The position numbers were made by a program, and so were the translations under genes. From Candidatus Fervidifonticultor sextus (GTDB lineage Bacteria > Sysuimicrobiota > Sysuimicrobiia > Sysuimicrobiales > Humicultoraceae), in assembly GCA_031459875.1 (NCBI GenBank), contig JAVKHQ010000026.1:1-36963 (forward strand): DNA of 36,963 nt, written 5' to 3'. Below, one piece after another: positions 1-8,323 of the stretch (positions are counted from its first letter, which is position 1; each line of letters opens with the position of its first letter). The notes under the pieces were generated by a model. That model searched no databases and was not told the origin of the DNA. It saw only the letters and a program-made list of their open reading frames with translations.

Positions 1-143
1 GGGGGGGGGGTGGGCGCGGGTGTTGGGGCGGGCGTGGGTCCCGGCTTGAACACCGTCTGGCCCACGGCCAGGTGACTGGATGAGAGTGAGCCAGAGACAA
101 GCATCAGTGTGGCGACAAGGACGCAGGCAACGCGCGAATGCAT
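1..143 (-). CDS. Secreted protein with Pro/Thr-rich linker, N-terminal fragment (runs off the left edge)
   Basis: Not in the ORF track. On the minus strand, GAGGAGG (156-150) lies 6 nt before ATG at 143. It reads MHSRVACVLVATLMLVSGSLSSSHLAVGQTVFKPGPTPAPTPAPTPPP..., i.e. a signal-peptide-like segment followed by PTPA repeats, open to the edge. Confidence 0.85.
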   Translation of the reverse strand, partial: MHSRVACVLVATLMLVSGSLSSSHLAVGQTVFKPGPTPAPTPAPTPP

Positions 144-205
144 CGTGTGCCTCCTCAGTGCAGAGCCCCCCGAGGAACGAGGACGTGCGCAGAAAAGGGA
201 GAGGC

Positions 206-299
206 CCCTCTTCGGCAGCCCGGCTGTCTTGAGCCTGTCTGCCCAAGACCCGTGGCTTTGCGCCCTCGAATCGCTTCGAGTTTGCCGCTTGTCGGAGGG
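206..299 (-). ncRNA. c-di-GMP-I (GEMM-I) riboswitch aptamer
   Basis: Minus strand reads CCCUCCGACAAGC-GGCAAAC-UCGAA-GCGA-UUCGAG-GGCGCAAAGCCACGG-GUCUUGGGC-AGACAG-GCUCAAGAC-AGCCGGGCUGCCGAAGAGGG. It has the GGCAAAC, CGCAAAGC and AGCCGGGYUGCC motifs, a P2 stem with a GNRA loop, a long P3 stem and a plausible P1. It lies between a promoter and an RBS. Confidence 0.92.
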
Positions 300-315
300 T
301 TCCAGACTTGTTTTC

Positions 316-344
316 ACTTTATCACATACCCTCGGTGTTGTCAC
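316..344 (-). promoter_or_regulatory. Sigma70-type promoter for the riboswitch and secreted-protein transcript
   Basis: Minus strand GTGACA (344-339), a 17-nt spacer ending in TGa (extended -10), then TAAAGT (321-316). It sits in an AT-rich patch; the -10 box ends about 17 nt upstream of the aptamer. Confidence 0.6.
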
Positions 345-519
345 TCCAGACCATCGAGGGGCCTTCCTGGCGCATCGGTTCGCCGATGAAGACTTTCAGC
401 GAACTTCCTACCACTTCCACCAAATATGCCATGACAGCGACCCCGAACCATCCCAGGAAGGTCCACGCGGCGTTGAAATCCGGTCAGCGCGCGCTTCCGA
501 GTGAGAGGAGATGTGATTG

Positions 520-1443
520 ATGAGGGTCGGGGTAGAACCGAAACGCATCGGGCAGATCGATGTGGAACCTCTCCCCATGCCGCGCGTCCGCCTGTGGGCT
601 TTGGTGCGGCTGGGCCGGCCCAAACAGTGGACGAAGAACGGGTTGGTGTTTGGCGCGCTGCTGTTCTCGGGTCGCCTGGTCGAGGCGGCTTCGGTCCAAC
701 TCGCCTTGTGGGCGTTTGTCGCGTTCTGTCTGGCATCGTCGGCTGTGTACTCTCTGAACGATGCGCTGGACGCACCGGAAGACCGCCTCCACCCCCGCAA
801 GCGCTACCGGCCGGTGGCCGCCGGTATCATCAGCCCGGGACAGGCGATTGCTGCGGCCGTCCTGCTGGGTCTGATGGGCGCGGGTCTGGGGTTCCTGGTG
901 AACCCGGCGTTGGGCCTGATCGTGGTCCTCTACCTTTTCGTCAGCACGCTCTACAGCCTGCGGCTGAGACACGCGGTGCTGCTGGACATCCTGGCCGTCG
1001 CCGCCGGCTTCGTGCTCCGCGCAGTGGGCGGGGCCGAGGCCATCGGCGTCCAGATGTCCCTGTGGTTCATCGCCTGTGTCCCCCTGCTCTCGCTCCTCCT
1101 GGCAGTGGGCAAGCGGCGGCACGAACTCATCTCGATGGATGACCCGGTCCGCCACCGCGGGGTCCTCAGCGAGTACCCTGCGCAGTTGCTCGACCAGTTG
1201 ATCGCCGTGCTCAGCGCGGCGATCATTATGGTCTATCTCCTGTACGCAATGGACTCGGCCAAGCCGTACCCGCTAATGCTGACCAGCCCGCTGGTGATCT
1301 ACGGCGTTTTCCGGTACCTGTATCTGGTCTACCACCGAGACGAAGGCGGGAGTCCGGATGAGTTGCTGCTGTCCGATGCCCCGTTGCTGATTGCGGTGGC
1401 GGCATGGGGCCTCGCAGCGGCGGCGGCGATCTACCTGGTGTAG
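520..1443 (+). CDS. UbiA-family decaprenyl-phosphate phosphoribosyltransferase (DPPR synthase-like)
   Basis: RPKQWTKN, YSLNDALDAPEDRLHPRKRYRPVAAG, LDILAVAAGFVLR, GKRRHEL and YGVFRYL...GGSPDELLLSD motifs; multiple TM segments; GAGGAG RBS at 505-510. Confidence 0.9.
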   Translation: MRVGVEPKRIGQIDVEPLPMPRVRLWALVRLGRPKQWTKNGLVFGALLFSGRLVEAASVQLALWAFVAFCLASSAVYSLNDALDAPEDRLHPRKRYRPVAAGIISPGQAIAAAVLLGLMGAGLGFLVNPALGLIVVLYLFVSTLYSLRLRHAVLLDILAVAAGFVLRAVGGAEAIGVQMSLWFIACVPLLSLLLAVGKRRHELISMDDPVRHRGVLSEYPAQLLDQLIAVLSAAIIMVYLLYAMDSAKPYPLMLTSPLVIYGVFRYLYLVYHRDEGGSPDELLLSDAPLLIAVAAWGLAAAAAIYLV

Positions 1444-1563
1444 GCCCGTCAGGGATGGGACCGTCGCGGCGGGATGTACGAGATGGCCAGTGGAGGGAAG
1501 ACAGCGGCCCCTCTCTGCGCGGACTGGCGACCGAAAAGGACATGGACACGTCTGGAAGTGCCC

Positions 1564-3237
1564 GTGAGCACCAAGTCGCTCGCTGGCTCGAACTTCGGGA
1601 GGGTGATCGTCATTCCTGACCTGCTGGCTCTTCCCAGACTGTTTGCCAATCTGGACCGTTTCCTCGGCCGGCATCTCACGCTGGATCAGACCAAGGCCGT
1701 CATCCGGCGGCGCCTGGAGACGCGGGAGGAGCGGTTCCTGGATCATGTCTCGCGGTACATCTACGGCTATCCTCGGAGCCCCTACCTGCCGCTGCTGCGC
1801 CTGGCCGGATGCGAGTTCGGCGATCTGCGAACGATGGTCCGCCAGCGGGGCCTCGAAGGCGCACTGGCGTCGCTGCGGGACGCCGGCGTCTACGTGTCCT
1901 TCGAGGAGTTCAAGGGCAGGAAGCCCGCCGTCCGGGGCGGGCACACGTTCCACTTCACGCAGCGCGACTTCGACAATCCCTTCCGGGGAGCCGAGTTGAA
2001 GGTCCTCACCGGCGGTTCGCGGAGCGCCGGTGCGCCGATCCACGTGGCCCTGGACACCATCGCGGAGAACCGGGTCCACTGTTTCAACCTCATGCTGGAG
2101 TCGGCGGGTGCGCGGCGGGGACCGTTGATCACCTGGCTTCCGGGCTTTCCGTCGGGTTCAGGGTTCTTCCTCTGGATGGGATTGACCCACATCGGCCGGC
2201 CGCCGATCCGGTGGTTCGCCATGTACGATCCCAGGCGTCCGTCCGTGGGCTGGCAGCAGCGTGCGATCCTGCCGCTGGCGCGGCTCATTGCCAGGCGTCA
2301 CGGACTGCGCATGCCGATGCCCGAGTTCACTCCGGTGTCGGATGCCTCGCCCGTGCTGGAGGCCCTGATCGACGCCAGACGGCGCGACGGTGGGTGCGCG
2401 TTGATCACGACGTCCAGCGCAGCCGTTCGAGTGGCGGGCCTGGCCTCCCGGTTGGGGGAGTCCCTGGAGAACATCAAGATCCTGGTGGGCTCCGAGCCCC
2501 TGACGCCTGGAAAGGCCGAGGAGATCCGGCGGACCGGTGCGTCAGTCCACGTACGATACATCTTCACGGAGGGCGGTGCCGCAGGTACGGGGTGCGGCAA
2601 CCCGTCGGCGCCCGACGACATGCACTTCATGGCCGACAGTTTTGCCCTCATCCCGCACCGCCGGCCCATGGAGGGCGTCGGGTCCCTCGACACCTACATG
2701 TTCACATCTCTGTTGAACTTTGCGCCCAAAGTGATGCTGAACGTCGAGAGCGACGACTTCGGGGAGTTGACCGTCAGGCGCTGCGGCTGTCCGCTGGACG
2801 ACCTGGGGCTACACCACCATCTTGCCTACGTTCGGTCCTTCACGAAACTCACCGGTGAAGGAGCGAAGGTCCTGGCCACGGACTGCGTCCGCATCATCGA
2901 AGAGGTCCTCCCCCGGGAGTTCGGCGGGACCAGCGTTGATTACCAGTTGCTGGAAGCTGAGGACGACCGGCGCGTGACGCGGCTGTTTCTCGTGGTGAGC
3001 CCCGAGGTGGGACCGGTAGACGAGCAGAAGGTCCTGGAGCGCTTCACCAGCGAATTGCTAAAGGTCCCCTTCAGCGGTGTGCCGGGTACGTGGTTTCAGG
3101 ACCAGACCATCCGGGTCGTCCGGCGCCGCCCGGTAGAGACGCCGTCGGGCAAACTGCTCCCGTTTCACACCCAGGCGCTGTCGCTGCTTCAGGATCGGAT
3201 AGCCGCTGGCGGCAGCGCCCGGGGCGTGGCCCGGTAG
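1564..3237 (+). CDS. Adenylate-forming enzyme, PaaK/CapK-like (phenylacetate-CoA ligase family)
   Basis: Degenerate P-loop LTGGSRSAG, GSEPL, YIFTEGG, ESDDFGELTVRRCGC and C-terminal TPSGKL. Start uncertain (1474, 1564 or 1603). Confidence 0.7.
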   Translation: MSTKSLAGSNFGRVIVIPDLLALPRLFANLDRFLGRHLTLDQTKAVIRRRLETREERFLDHVSRYIYGYPRSPYLPLLRLAGCEFGDLRTMVRQRGLEGALASLRDAGVYVSFEEFKGRKPAVRGGHTFHFTQRDFDNPFRGAELKVLTGGSRSAGAPIHVALDTIAENRVHCFNLMLESAGARRGPLITWLPGFPSGSGFFLWMGLTHIGRPPIRWFAMYDPRRPSVGWQQRAILPLARLIARRHGLRMPMPEFTPVSDASPVLEALIDARRRDGGCALITTSSAAVRVAGLASRLGESLENIKILVGSEPLTPGKAEEIRRTGASVHVRYIFTEGGAAGTGCGNPSAPDDMHFMADSFALIPHRRPMEGVGSLDTYMFTSLLNFAPKVMLNVESDDFGELTVRRCGCPLDDLGLHHHLAYVRSFTKLTGEGAKVLATDCVRIIEEVLPREFGGTSVDYQLLEAEDDRRVTRLFLVVSPEVGPVDEQKVLERFTSELLKVPFSGVPGTWFQDQTIRVVRRRPVETPSGKLLPFHTQALSLLQDRIAAGGSARGVAR

Positions 3238-3249
3238 CTGGCAGGACGC

Positions 3250-4500
3250 ATGGGGTCGTTGCTGACGGCAATCGGCAGCCACGGGGCCGGGCACGTGCGC
3301 CGGCTGCTCGGCTGGATGGCGCGACGGCTGGTTCCTGAGGCCGAGCCGGCGGCCGTGCTGCCGTTCCTGCGCCGCTGGGCTGTGGCTCGGATCAAGGCCT
3401 TCCAGCGGCGACGCGGGTTGGTCAGAGGGATGGCGATCGTCTCTCCCCGGGGGGGGCGGCTTTGGGCTGTTGAGCAGGACGTCCCACTGCCCGGGCCGGG
3501 GGAGGTGCTGGTCCGCGTTGCCGCGAGCGTCGTCAGCCCGGGGACCGAACGCGCCTTCTTTCTCCGACTGCCCAACGCGGTGCCCACGTATCCGTACTAT
3601 CCAGGCTACTCGTTGGCTGGCGAAGTCGTCGCCGTGGGTCGCGGCAGCCGGCACCGCCCAGGCGACCGGGTTGCCCTGGCGGCGCCTCACGCCAGTCTGG
3701 CGCTCGCGGCGGACGCCCAGGTGTTCCCGGTCCCGCCAGAGGTCCCGCTTGAGGAGGCGGCGTTCGTACAGCTGGGCATCATCGCGCTTCAGGCTGCGGC
3801 CAAGGCGCGAATCCGAGCCGGGGAATCCGTGGTGGTGTTGGGGTTGGGGCTGATCGGGCAACTCCTGCTGCAGTGCTGCGCCAGCGTCGCTTCCTCTGTC
3901 ACAGCGGTGTCCCGCACGACGCGGCGCATTTCGGATCAGGTGCGCGCCGTGGCCGACCGGGTGATCGTGATCGAGCACGGCGGGACCGAGGTTCTCGATA
4001 CTGTGGGCGCTTCGGTGACCTTCGACGCCACGGGTGCTCCCGACGGTATCCCGGCGGCCCTGCGGTGCACGGGGCGAGGCGGGCGCATCGTCCTGGCTGG
4101 CAGCACCCGCGGGGTGACCGAGCGGGTGGACTTCGGCCTGATGGCGGACAGGCAGGTGACGATCATCGGCGCGCACATCAGCAGCCTCTCTTTGGCCGAG
4201 CGGCGGTCGCTGGCCGACGCCTTCTTCGCCATGCTGCAGGACCGCCGTCTCGACCTCGCGACGCTCATCACCGAGCGTGTCCACCCCCTTGAGGCCGAGT
4301 GGTTCTATCGCCGGCTGGCCGGGGGAGCCGACGCGACGGTGGGCGCGGTCCTGGACTGGAGCCGGCTCGGTGCATCCGAGGGTATGCGCCGCGCGCACGT
4401 GTTCACGCCGCCCGACCTGGCGCCGCTGCGACGTGGCCGGCTGGTCCTGGCGCCGCTGTCGGCGAACGGGACGCGCTGGGCAGAAGGTGCCGCTCCGTGA
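3250..4500 (+). CDS. MDR-superfamily (zinc-type ADH-like) oxidoreductase
   Basis: EVLVRV...VSPGTE, YPGYSLAGEVV, Rossmann GLGLIG and FDATG; SPGTE/GYS subtype lacking the classical Cys/His Zn ligands. Confidence 0.85.
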   Translation: MGSLLTAIGSHGAGHVRRLLGWMARRLVPEAEPAAVLPFLRRWAVARIKAFQRRRGLVRGMAIVSPRGGRLWAVEQDVPLPGPGEVLVRVAASVVSPGTERAFFLRLPNAVPTYPYYPGYSLAGEVVAVGRGSRHRPGDRVALAAPHASLALAADAQVFPVPPEVPLEEAAFVQLGIIALQAAAKARIRAGESVVVLGLGLIGQLLLQCCASVASSVTAVSRTTRRISDQVRAVADRVIVIEHGGTEVLDTVGASVTFDATGAPDGIPAALRCTGRGGRIVLAGSTRGVTERVDFGLMADRQVTIIGAHISSLSLAERRSLADAFFAMLQDRRLDLATLITERVHPLEAEWFYRRLAGGADATVGAVLDWSRLGASEGMRRAHVFTPPDLAPLRRGRLVLAPLSANGTRWAEGAAP

Positions 4501-5597
4501 GGACGGTCGCGGTACCCCTGCGGCCTCCGGTCCGTTCCGTCTCGGGCCCGTTGCGGATGGCCGTGATCGGCTGCGGTGAGCGAGGCGCCGGGTGCTGCAG
4601 GGCCGTGGCGCAAACAGGCAACAGTCGTCTGGTCATGGTCATGGACGCGAGCCCACAGCGGGCACGCGAGGTCGCGCGCGGCCTTGACGTTCCTTGGACG
4701 ACCAGCCTGGAAGAAGTGCTGGCCCGTGACGACGTGGAGGCTGTGGTGATCTCGACCCCGCACCACCTCCATGCTCCACAGTCGCTGGCCGCTGTGCGGG
4801 CCGGCAAGCATGTCGTGGTCGAGAAGCCCCTGGCGACCTCGCTGGAGGATGCCGCCGCCGTAGCCGTCGCGGCCCGGGGAGCCGGTGTCTCCTTCTCTAT
4901 CAATCTCTCGTACCGCTACCTGCCCCACGTGGCGAAGGCCAGGAGCCTGATTGAGGCGGGCGTGCTGGGTGACCTCTACGGTGTCTCGCTGATCTATCAG
5001 AAGGAACGCTTCGCGGACTACTGGGAGGGACGCCTGGGCGGCGCCGGTTCTGACTGGCGGATGCGGCGCGAGACGAGCGGCGGCGGAATCCTGATCAACC
5101 TGTTGATCCACTTCATCGATTTGCTGCGCTATCTTCCCGGGTTGGACCTCGTCGAGGTGTCGTCGGCTCAGGCGACCATGGAGGGCCCCGGCGAGGTCGA
5201 AGATGTCACCGCGCTGTGGCTCCGCTATGCTAACGGGGCGCTGGCGACGGTGAATGCCAGTTCGTGCGCCCGCGGGGCCGACATCGTGGAGTTTCGGTTG
5301 TGGGGGCGGGACGGGCACCTTTCGCTCACTCCACCCTACCAGTTCTACTCGCTGCGCCTGGTGGACGGAAAGCGGCCGGGACAGTGGCACAGGTTCTCGG
5401 GGACTCCCGGCCTGGCCCAGCGGGATGTGGAGTACTTTCGGCGCTTCGCCGACCGCGTGCTGCGCGGCGAGCCCCAGGACGTCACGGTTGACGACGGGCT
5501 GGCGGCCCAGGCGGTGGTGGAGGCTGCGTACCGGTCGGCGCAATCCGGCCGGGCCGAGAAGGTGGAATGGCGGCCGGAGCGCCCCGGCGGGTCTTGA
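4497..5597 (+). CDS. Gfo/Idh/MocA family oxidoreductase
   Basis: AVIGCG, ISTPHHLH, GKHVVVEKPLA and GGGILINLLIHFIDL motifs; GTG start overlaps the upstream stop (GTGA). Confidence 0.9.
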   Translation: MRTVAVPLRPPVRSVSGPLRMAVIGCGERGAGCCRAVAQTGNSRLVMVMDASPQRAREVARGLDVPWTTSLEEVLARDDVEAVVISTPHHLHAPQSLAAVRAGKHVVVEKPLATSLEDAAAVAVAARGAGVSFSINLSYRYLPHVAKARSLIEAGVLGDLYGVSLIYQKERFADYWEGRLGGAGSDWRMRRETSGGGILINLLIHFIDLLRYLPGLDLVEVSSAQATMEGPGEVEDVTALWLRYANGALATVNASSCARGADIVEFRLWGRDGHLSLTPPYQFYSLRLVDGKRPGQWHRFSGTPGLAQRDVEYFRRFADRVLRGEPQDVTVDDGLAAQAVVEAAYRSAQSGRAEKVEWRPERPGGS

Positions 5598-6478
5598 GGT
5601 ACACCGGCGCACGGGACCGGGGCGGCGCCTTCGTCGTCACGGAAGAACCACCGCGAACGGTGGAAGCCGACCAGGTCCTCGTGCGGTGCGTGTGCGCGGT
5701 GGTGGACCTGGAGCCGCTATGGATCACGCGTGTCCCTGGCGTCCCGGTGGCTTCGTTCCTGGGGCGCGTGGTGGAGTCCGCGTCCCCCGACGGCCCCGAC
5801 CCCGGCGCGCTGGTGGTCGGCACAGGGCCTCTGGGTGAGGTCGTCGCGGTGAGGCGGGAGAGCGTGTGGACCGTCGCCGGGGAGATGCCACCGGAGCACC
5901 TGGCGCTCCTGCCCCAGGCGGCGGCGGTCCTGAAGGCCGTGGGGGAGGCGGGCATCAGGATGGGCGACCGGGTGGTCATCTCCGGCGGCGGCGTGGCCGC
6001 GGGGCTGGCCATGGAGGTGGCACGCCTCTACGCGGGCAGGTGGCCCGAGACGATGCCGGCCGCCTCGTCGCGCCACAGCACACCCGGTTCGCCGGATGCC
6101 GGGGCGTGCGACGTCCTCATTGACACCACGGCCGACGCCGCGGCGTGGGCCTGGAGGCTCGGACTCCTCCGCGTGCAGGGCGTCGCGCTGCTCCTCCTGC
6201 CCCCGGGTGTCTGGGTGCATGCCTTCGACTTCTATCCAATGGTGCACCGGCGCTCGCTGTCGCTGCTGGTCAGGAGGGTCCCGGAGGCGGACGGGCGTCC
6301 GGCTGCCACCGACGCCATCACCACGGCCGGTCGTCTGATCCGCCAGGGCATTCCGACTGTGGGTGAACGTTTTTATACAGTTCGCCTGCCGGGCGGGGCC
6401 GCCGGCGCGGATGTCATCAACCTGACCGGGATGGGGGATGCCGCCGGGCTGCTCTGCAGGTTCGAGGGCCCGGGGTAG
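5594..6478 (+). CDS. Divergent MDR-fold protein (possibly catalytically degenerate)
   Basis: DQVLVRC, GRVVE, GIRMGDRVVISGGG and DVLIDTT echo the MDR layout; TTGA overlap with the upstream stop; nucleotide-binding motif eroded (GGGVAA). Confidence 0.6.
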   Translation: MRYTGARDRGGAFVVTEEPPRTVEADQVLVRCVCAVVDLEPLWITRVPGVPVASFLGRVVESASPDGPDPGALVVGTGPLGEVVAVRRESVWTVAGEMPPEHLALLPQAAAVLKAVGEAGIRMGDRVVISGGGVAAGLAMEVARLYAGRWPETMPAASSRHSTPGSPDAGACDVLIDTTADAAAWAWRLGLLRVQGVALLLLPPGVWVHAFDFYPMVHRRSLSLLVRRVPEADGRPAATDAITTAGRLIRQGIPTVGERFYTVRLPGGAAGADVINLTGMGDAAGLLCRFEGPG

Positions 6479-6541
6479 GTATGCTGACATACCCATCACT
6501 GCCATCTGGCCTGATCTGGCGCACCTGGTGATTCAGAAGGT

Positions 6542-8311
6542 ATGACCTCTACGGATGCCGCCCCCGCAGGATCGCGCGCTGGGCCGCCTGGGCGGGCGGT
6601 TTCAGGGGAAGCTGTCGCGGTCCCCTTGGCGGTGGCGGCAGGTGCCCTCTACGCGTGGGCCGGCCGCCACGCGATGAACGCCGACGGGATCTCCTACCTG
6701 GACATGGCCGACGCGTACCTGTGGCGCGACTGGCCCAATGCCATCAGCACTGTCTGGAGCCCGCTGTACGCCTGGTTGCTGGCGGCGGGCCGATTGGTGC
6801 TCGGGGCCGGTCCGGCATCGGAGTTCCCAACCGTGCAGGCCGTGAACTTCGTCATTTTTCTGGTCTCCGTTGCGGCCTTCGGGTTCTTGATGCGCTCTCT
6901 GCTGCGCTACCGACGAACGGTGCCGTCCGCTGCCCCGGTGTCGGCGTCGGTTTCCGACCGGGCTCTGCTGGCGGCCGGCTACGCGGTGTTCGTCTGGTCG
7001 GCGCTCGACCTCATCGGGGTGAACCTGGTTACGCCGCATCTCACGGTGGCGGCGCTGATCTCCCTGGCCGTCGGGCTGTTGCTCAGGATCGCCATGGGGC
7101 GCGCCGGCATCGGCGTCCACCTCGGCCTGGGTGTGGTCCTGGGGCTGGCCTACCTGGCGAGGACGCCGATGGCCGCACTGGCGCTGGTTATGTTGGGTTT
7201 GGCGACTGCGGCTGGGTGGCGGCATGCTGCGGGGTGGCGCAGACTGTCTGATCCTGCAGCGGCCCTCGCCGCGTTTGTGGTTGTAGCGGGGATCTACGCC
7301 GTCCCCCTCTACTTCATGAAAGGGCAGATGCCGCTGGGGGATTTCCCGAGGATCAACTACGCGTTCTGGGTCAACGGCTACCCCCGCCAGCACTGGCAGG
7401 GCGATCCCCCCGGAAGCGGCACGCCCAGACATCCGACCAGGAAACTGTGGACCAAGCCGGCCGTCTACGAGTTCGGCGAGCCGGTCGGCGGGACCTACCC
7501 GCCGTGGTACGACCCGTCATACTGGTACGCCGGGATCCAGCCCCGGTTCGACCCGGTCGGGCACGTGCGGGTGCTGCAGCGTAGCGTCCAGATCGAGTCG
7601 CTCCGGGACGCAATCGACCACTGGGTGCCCAGCGTGATCTTCGCCGTCGTCGCAGGGCTCTATGCGGGAGCGAGAGGCTGGCTGACCTGGCGGGGCCTCG
7701 TGGCTCACCGGTACCTCCTGATCCCGGCCGTGATCGGATTCGGTCTGTTCGCTCCCGTCCAGTTGATCCCCCGCTATGTGGGCGGGTTCGTGCCGCTGCT
7801 CTGGCTGGGGGTGATGGCCGCCTTGAACCCCTCCAGCTCCAGGTGGGCGCGGCGCACCGTGCAGGGCCTCGCGGTGGCAGTGCTGGTTTTTCATGCCGGA
7901 CTGGCCGCTCCGGGGATCGCGAAGAGGGGCCTTGCCGTCGCCGTCGAGGCTGTCTGGGGCACGCCCGCCTCAACGGATGTTCACTGGCAGGTGGCCTCGG
8001 CACTGCACGAGATGGGCATCGGGCCTGGAGCGCGCGTGGCCGTGCTCGGGTCCGGGTTCAACGCGTATTGGGCGCGGCTTCTGCGGGCCAAAATCATCGC
8101 CGAGATCCCTGTGGATGCCGCCGCCGACTACTGGGCCGCAAGCGGGCAGACCCGCGCGCGGATCGCCCGCCTGCTGGCGGACGCAGGTGCCGAGGTCCTG
8201 GTGGCCTCCTCCCGGGTGCTGCCTTCGTCGGTCGGTCCGGGGGAACTGGCTGCGATGGGATGGCGACGGGTCGGTGAGACCGACTTTCACGCGCTGTTCC
8301 TGCCCAGGTGA
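6542..8311 (+). CDS. Polytopic membrane protein, probable GT-C glycosyltransferase (paralog A)
   Basis: DGISYLDMAD...WSPLY after the first TM segment, many TM segments, external loop HWQGDPP...GTYPPWYDPSYWY, C-terminal extracytoplasmic domain; paralog of 27947-29731. Confidence 0.65.
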   Translation: MTSTDAAPAGSRAGPPGRAVSGEAVAVPLAVAAGALYAWAGRHAMNADGISYLDMADAYLWRDWPNAISTVWSPLYAWLLAAGRLVLGAGPASEFPTVQAVNFVIFLVSVAAFGFLMRSLLRYRRTVPSAAPVSASVSDRALLAAGYAVFVWSALDLIGVNLVTPHLTVAALISLAVGLLLRIAMGRAGIGVHLGLGVVLGLAYLARTPMAALALVMLGLATAAGWRHAAGWRRLSDPAAALAAFVVVAGIYAVPLYFMKGQMPLGDFPRINYAFWVNGYPRQHWQGDPPGSGTPRHPTRKLWTKPAVYEFGEPVGGTYPPWYDPSYWYAGIQPRFDPVGHVRVLQRSVQIESLRDAIDHWVPSVIFAVVAGLYAGARGWLTWRGLVAHRYLLIPAVIGFGLFAPVQLIPRYVGGFVPLLWLGVMAALNPSSSRWARRTVQGLAVAVLVFHAGLAAPGIAKRGLAVAVEAVWGTPASTDVHWQVASALHEMGIGPGARVAVLGSGFNAYWARLLRAKIIAEIPVDAAADYWAASGQTRARIARLLADAGAEVLVASSRVLPSSVGPGELAAMGWRRVGETDFHALFLPR

Positions 8312-8323
8312 GGGAGGGCGGGC

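Noticed and set aside
1..10. G10 homopolymer as a phase-variation tract
   Set aside because: It is cut by the window edge and reads as Pro codons in a Pro-rich linker, so its length and variability cannot be judged.
109..520. Plus-strand ORFs 109-504, 138-389 and 308-520
   Set aside because: No recognisable motifs; they overlap the minus-strand gene start, riboswitch and promoter, which explain the region better.
6478..6493. GGTATG-CTGA-CATACC hairpin and similar short palindromes near 34389-34421
   Set aside because: Short stems without U-tracts, compatible with chance.
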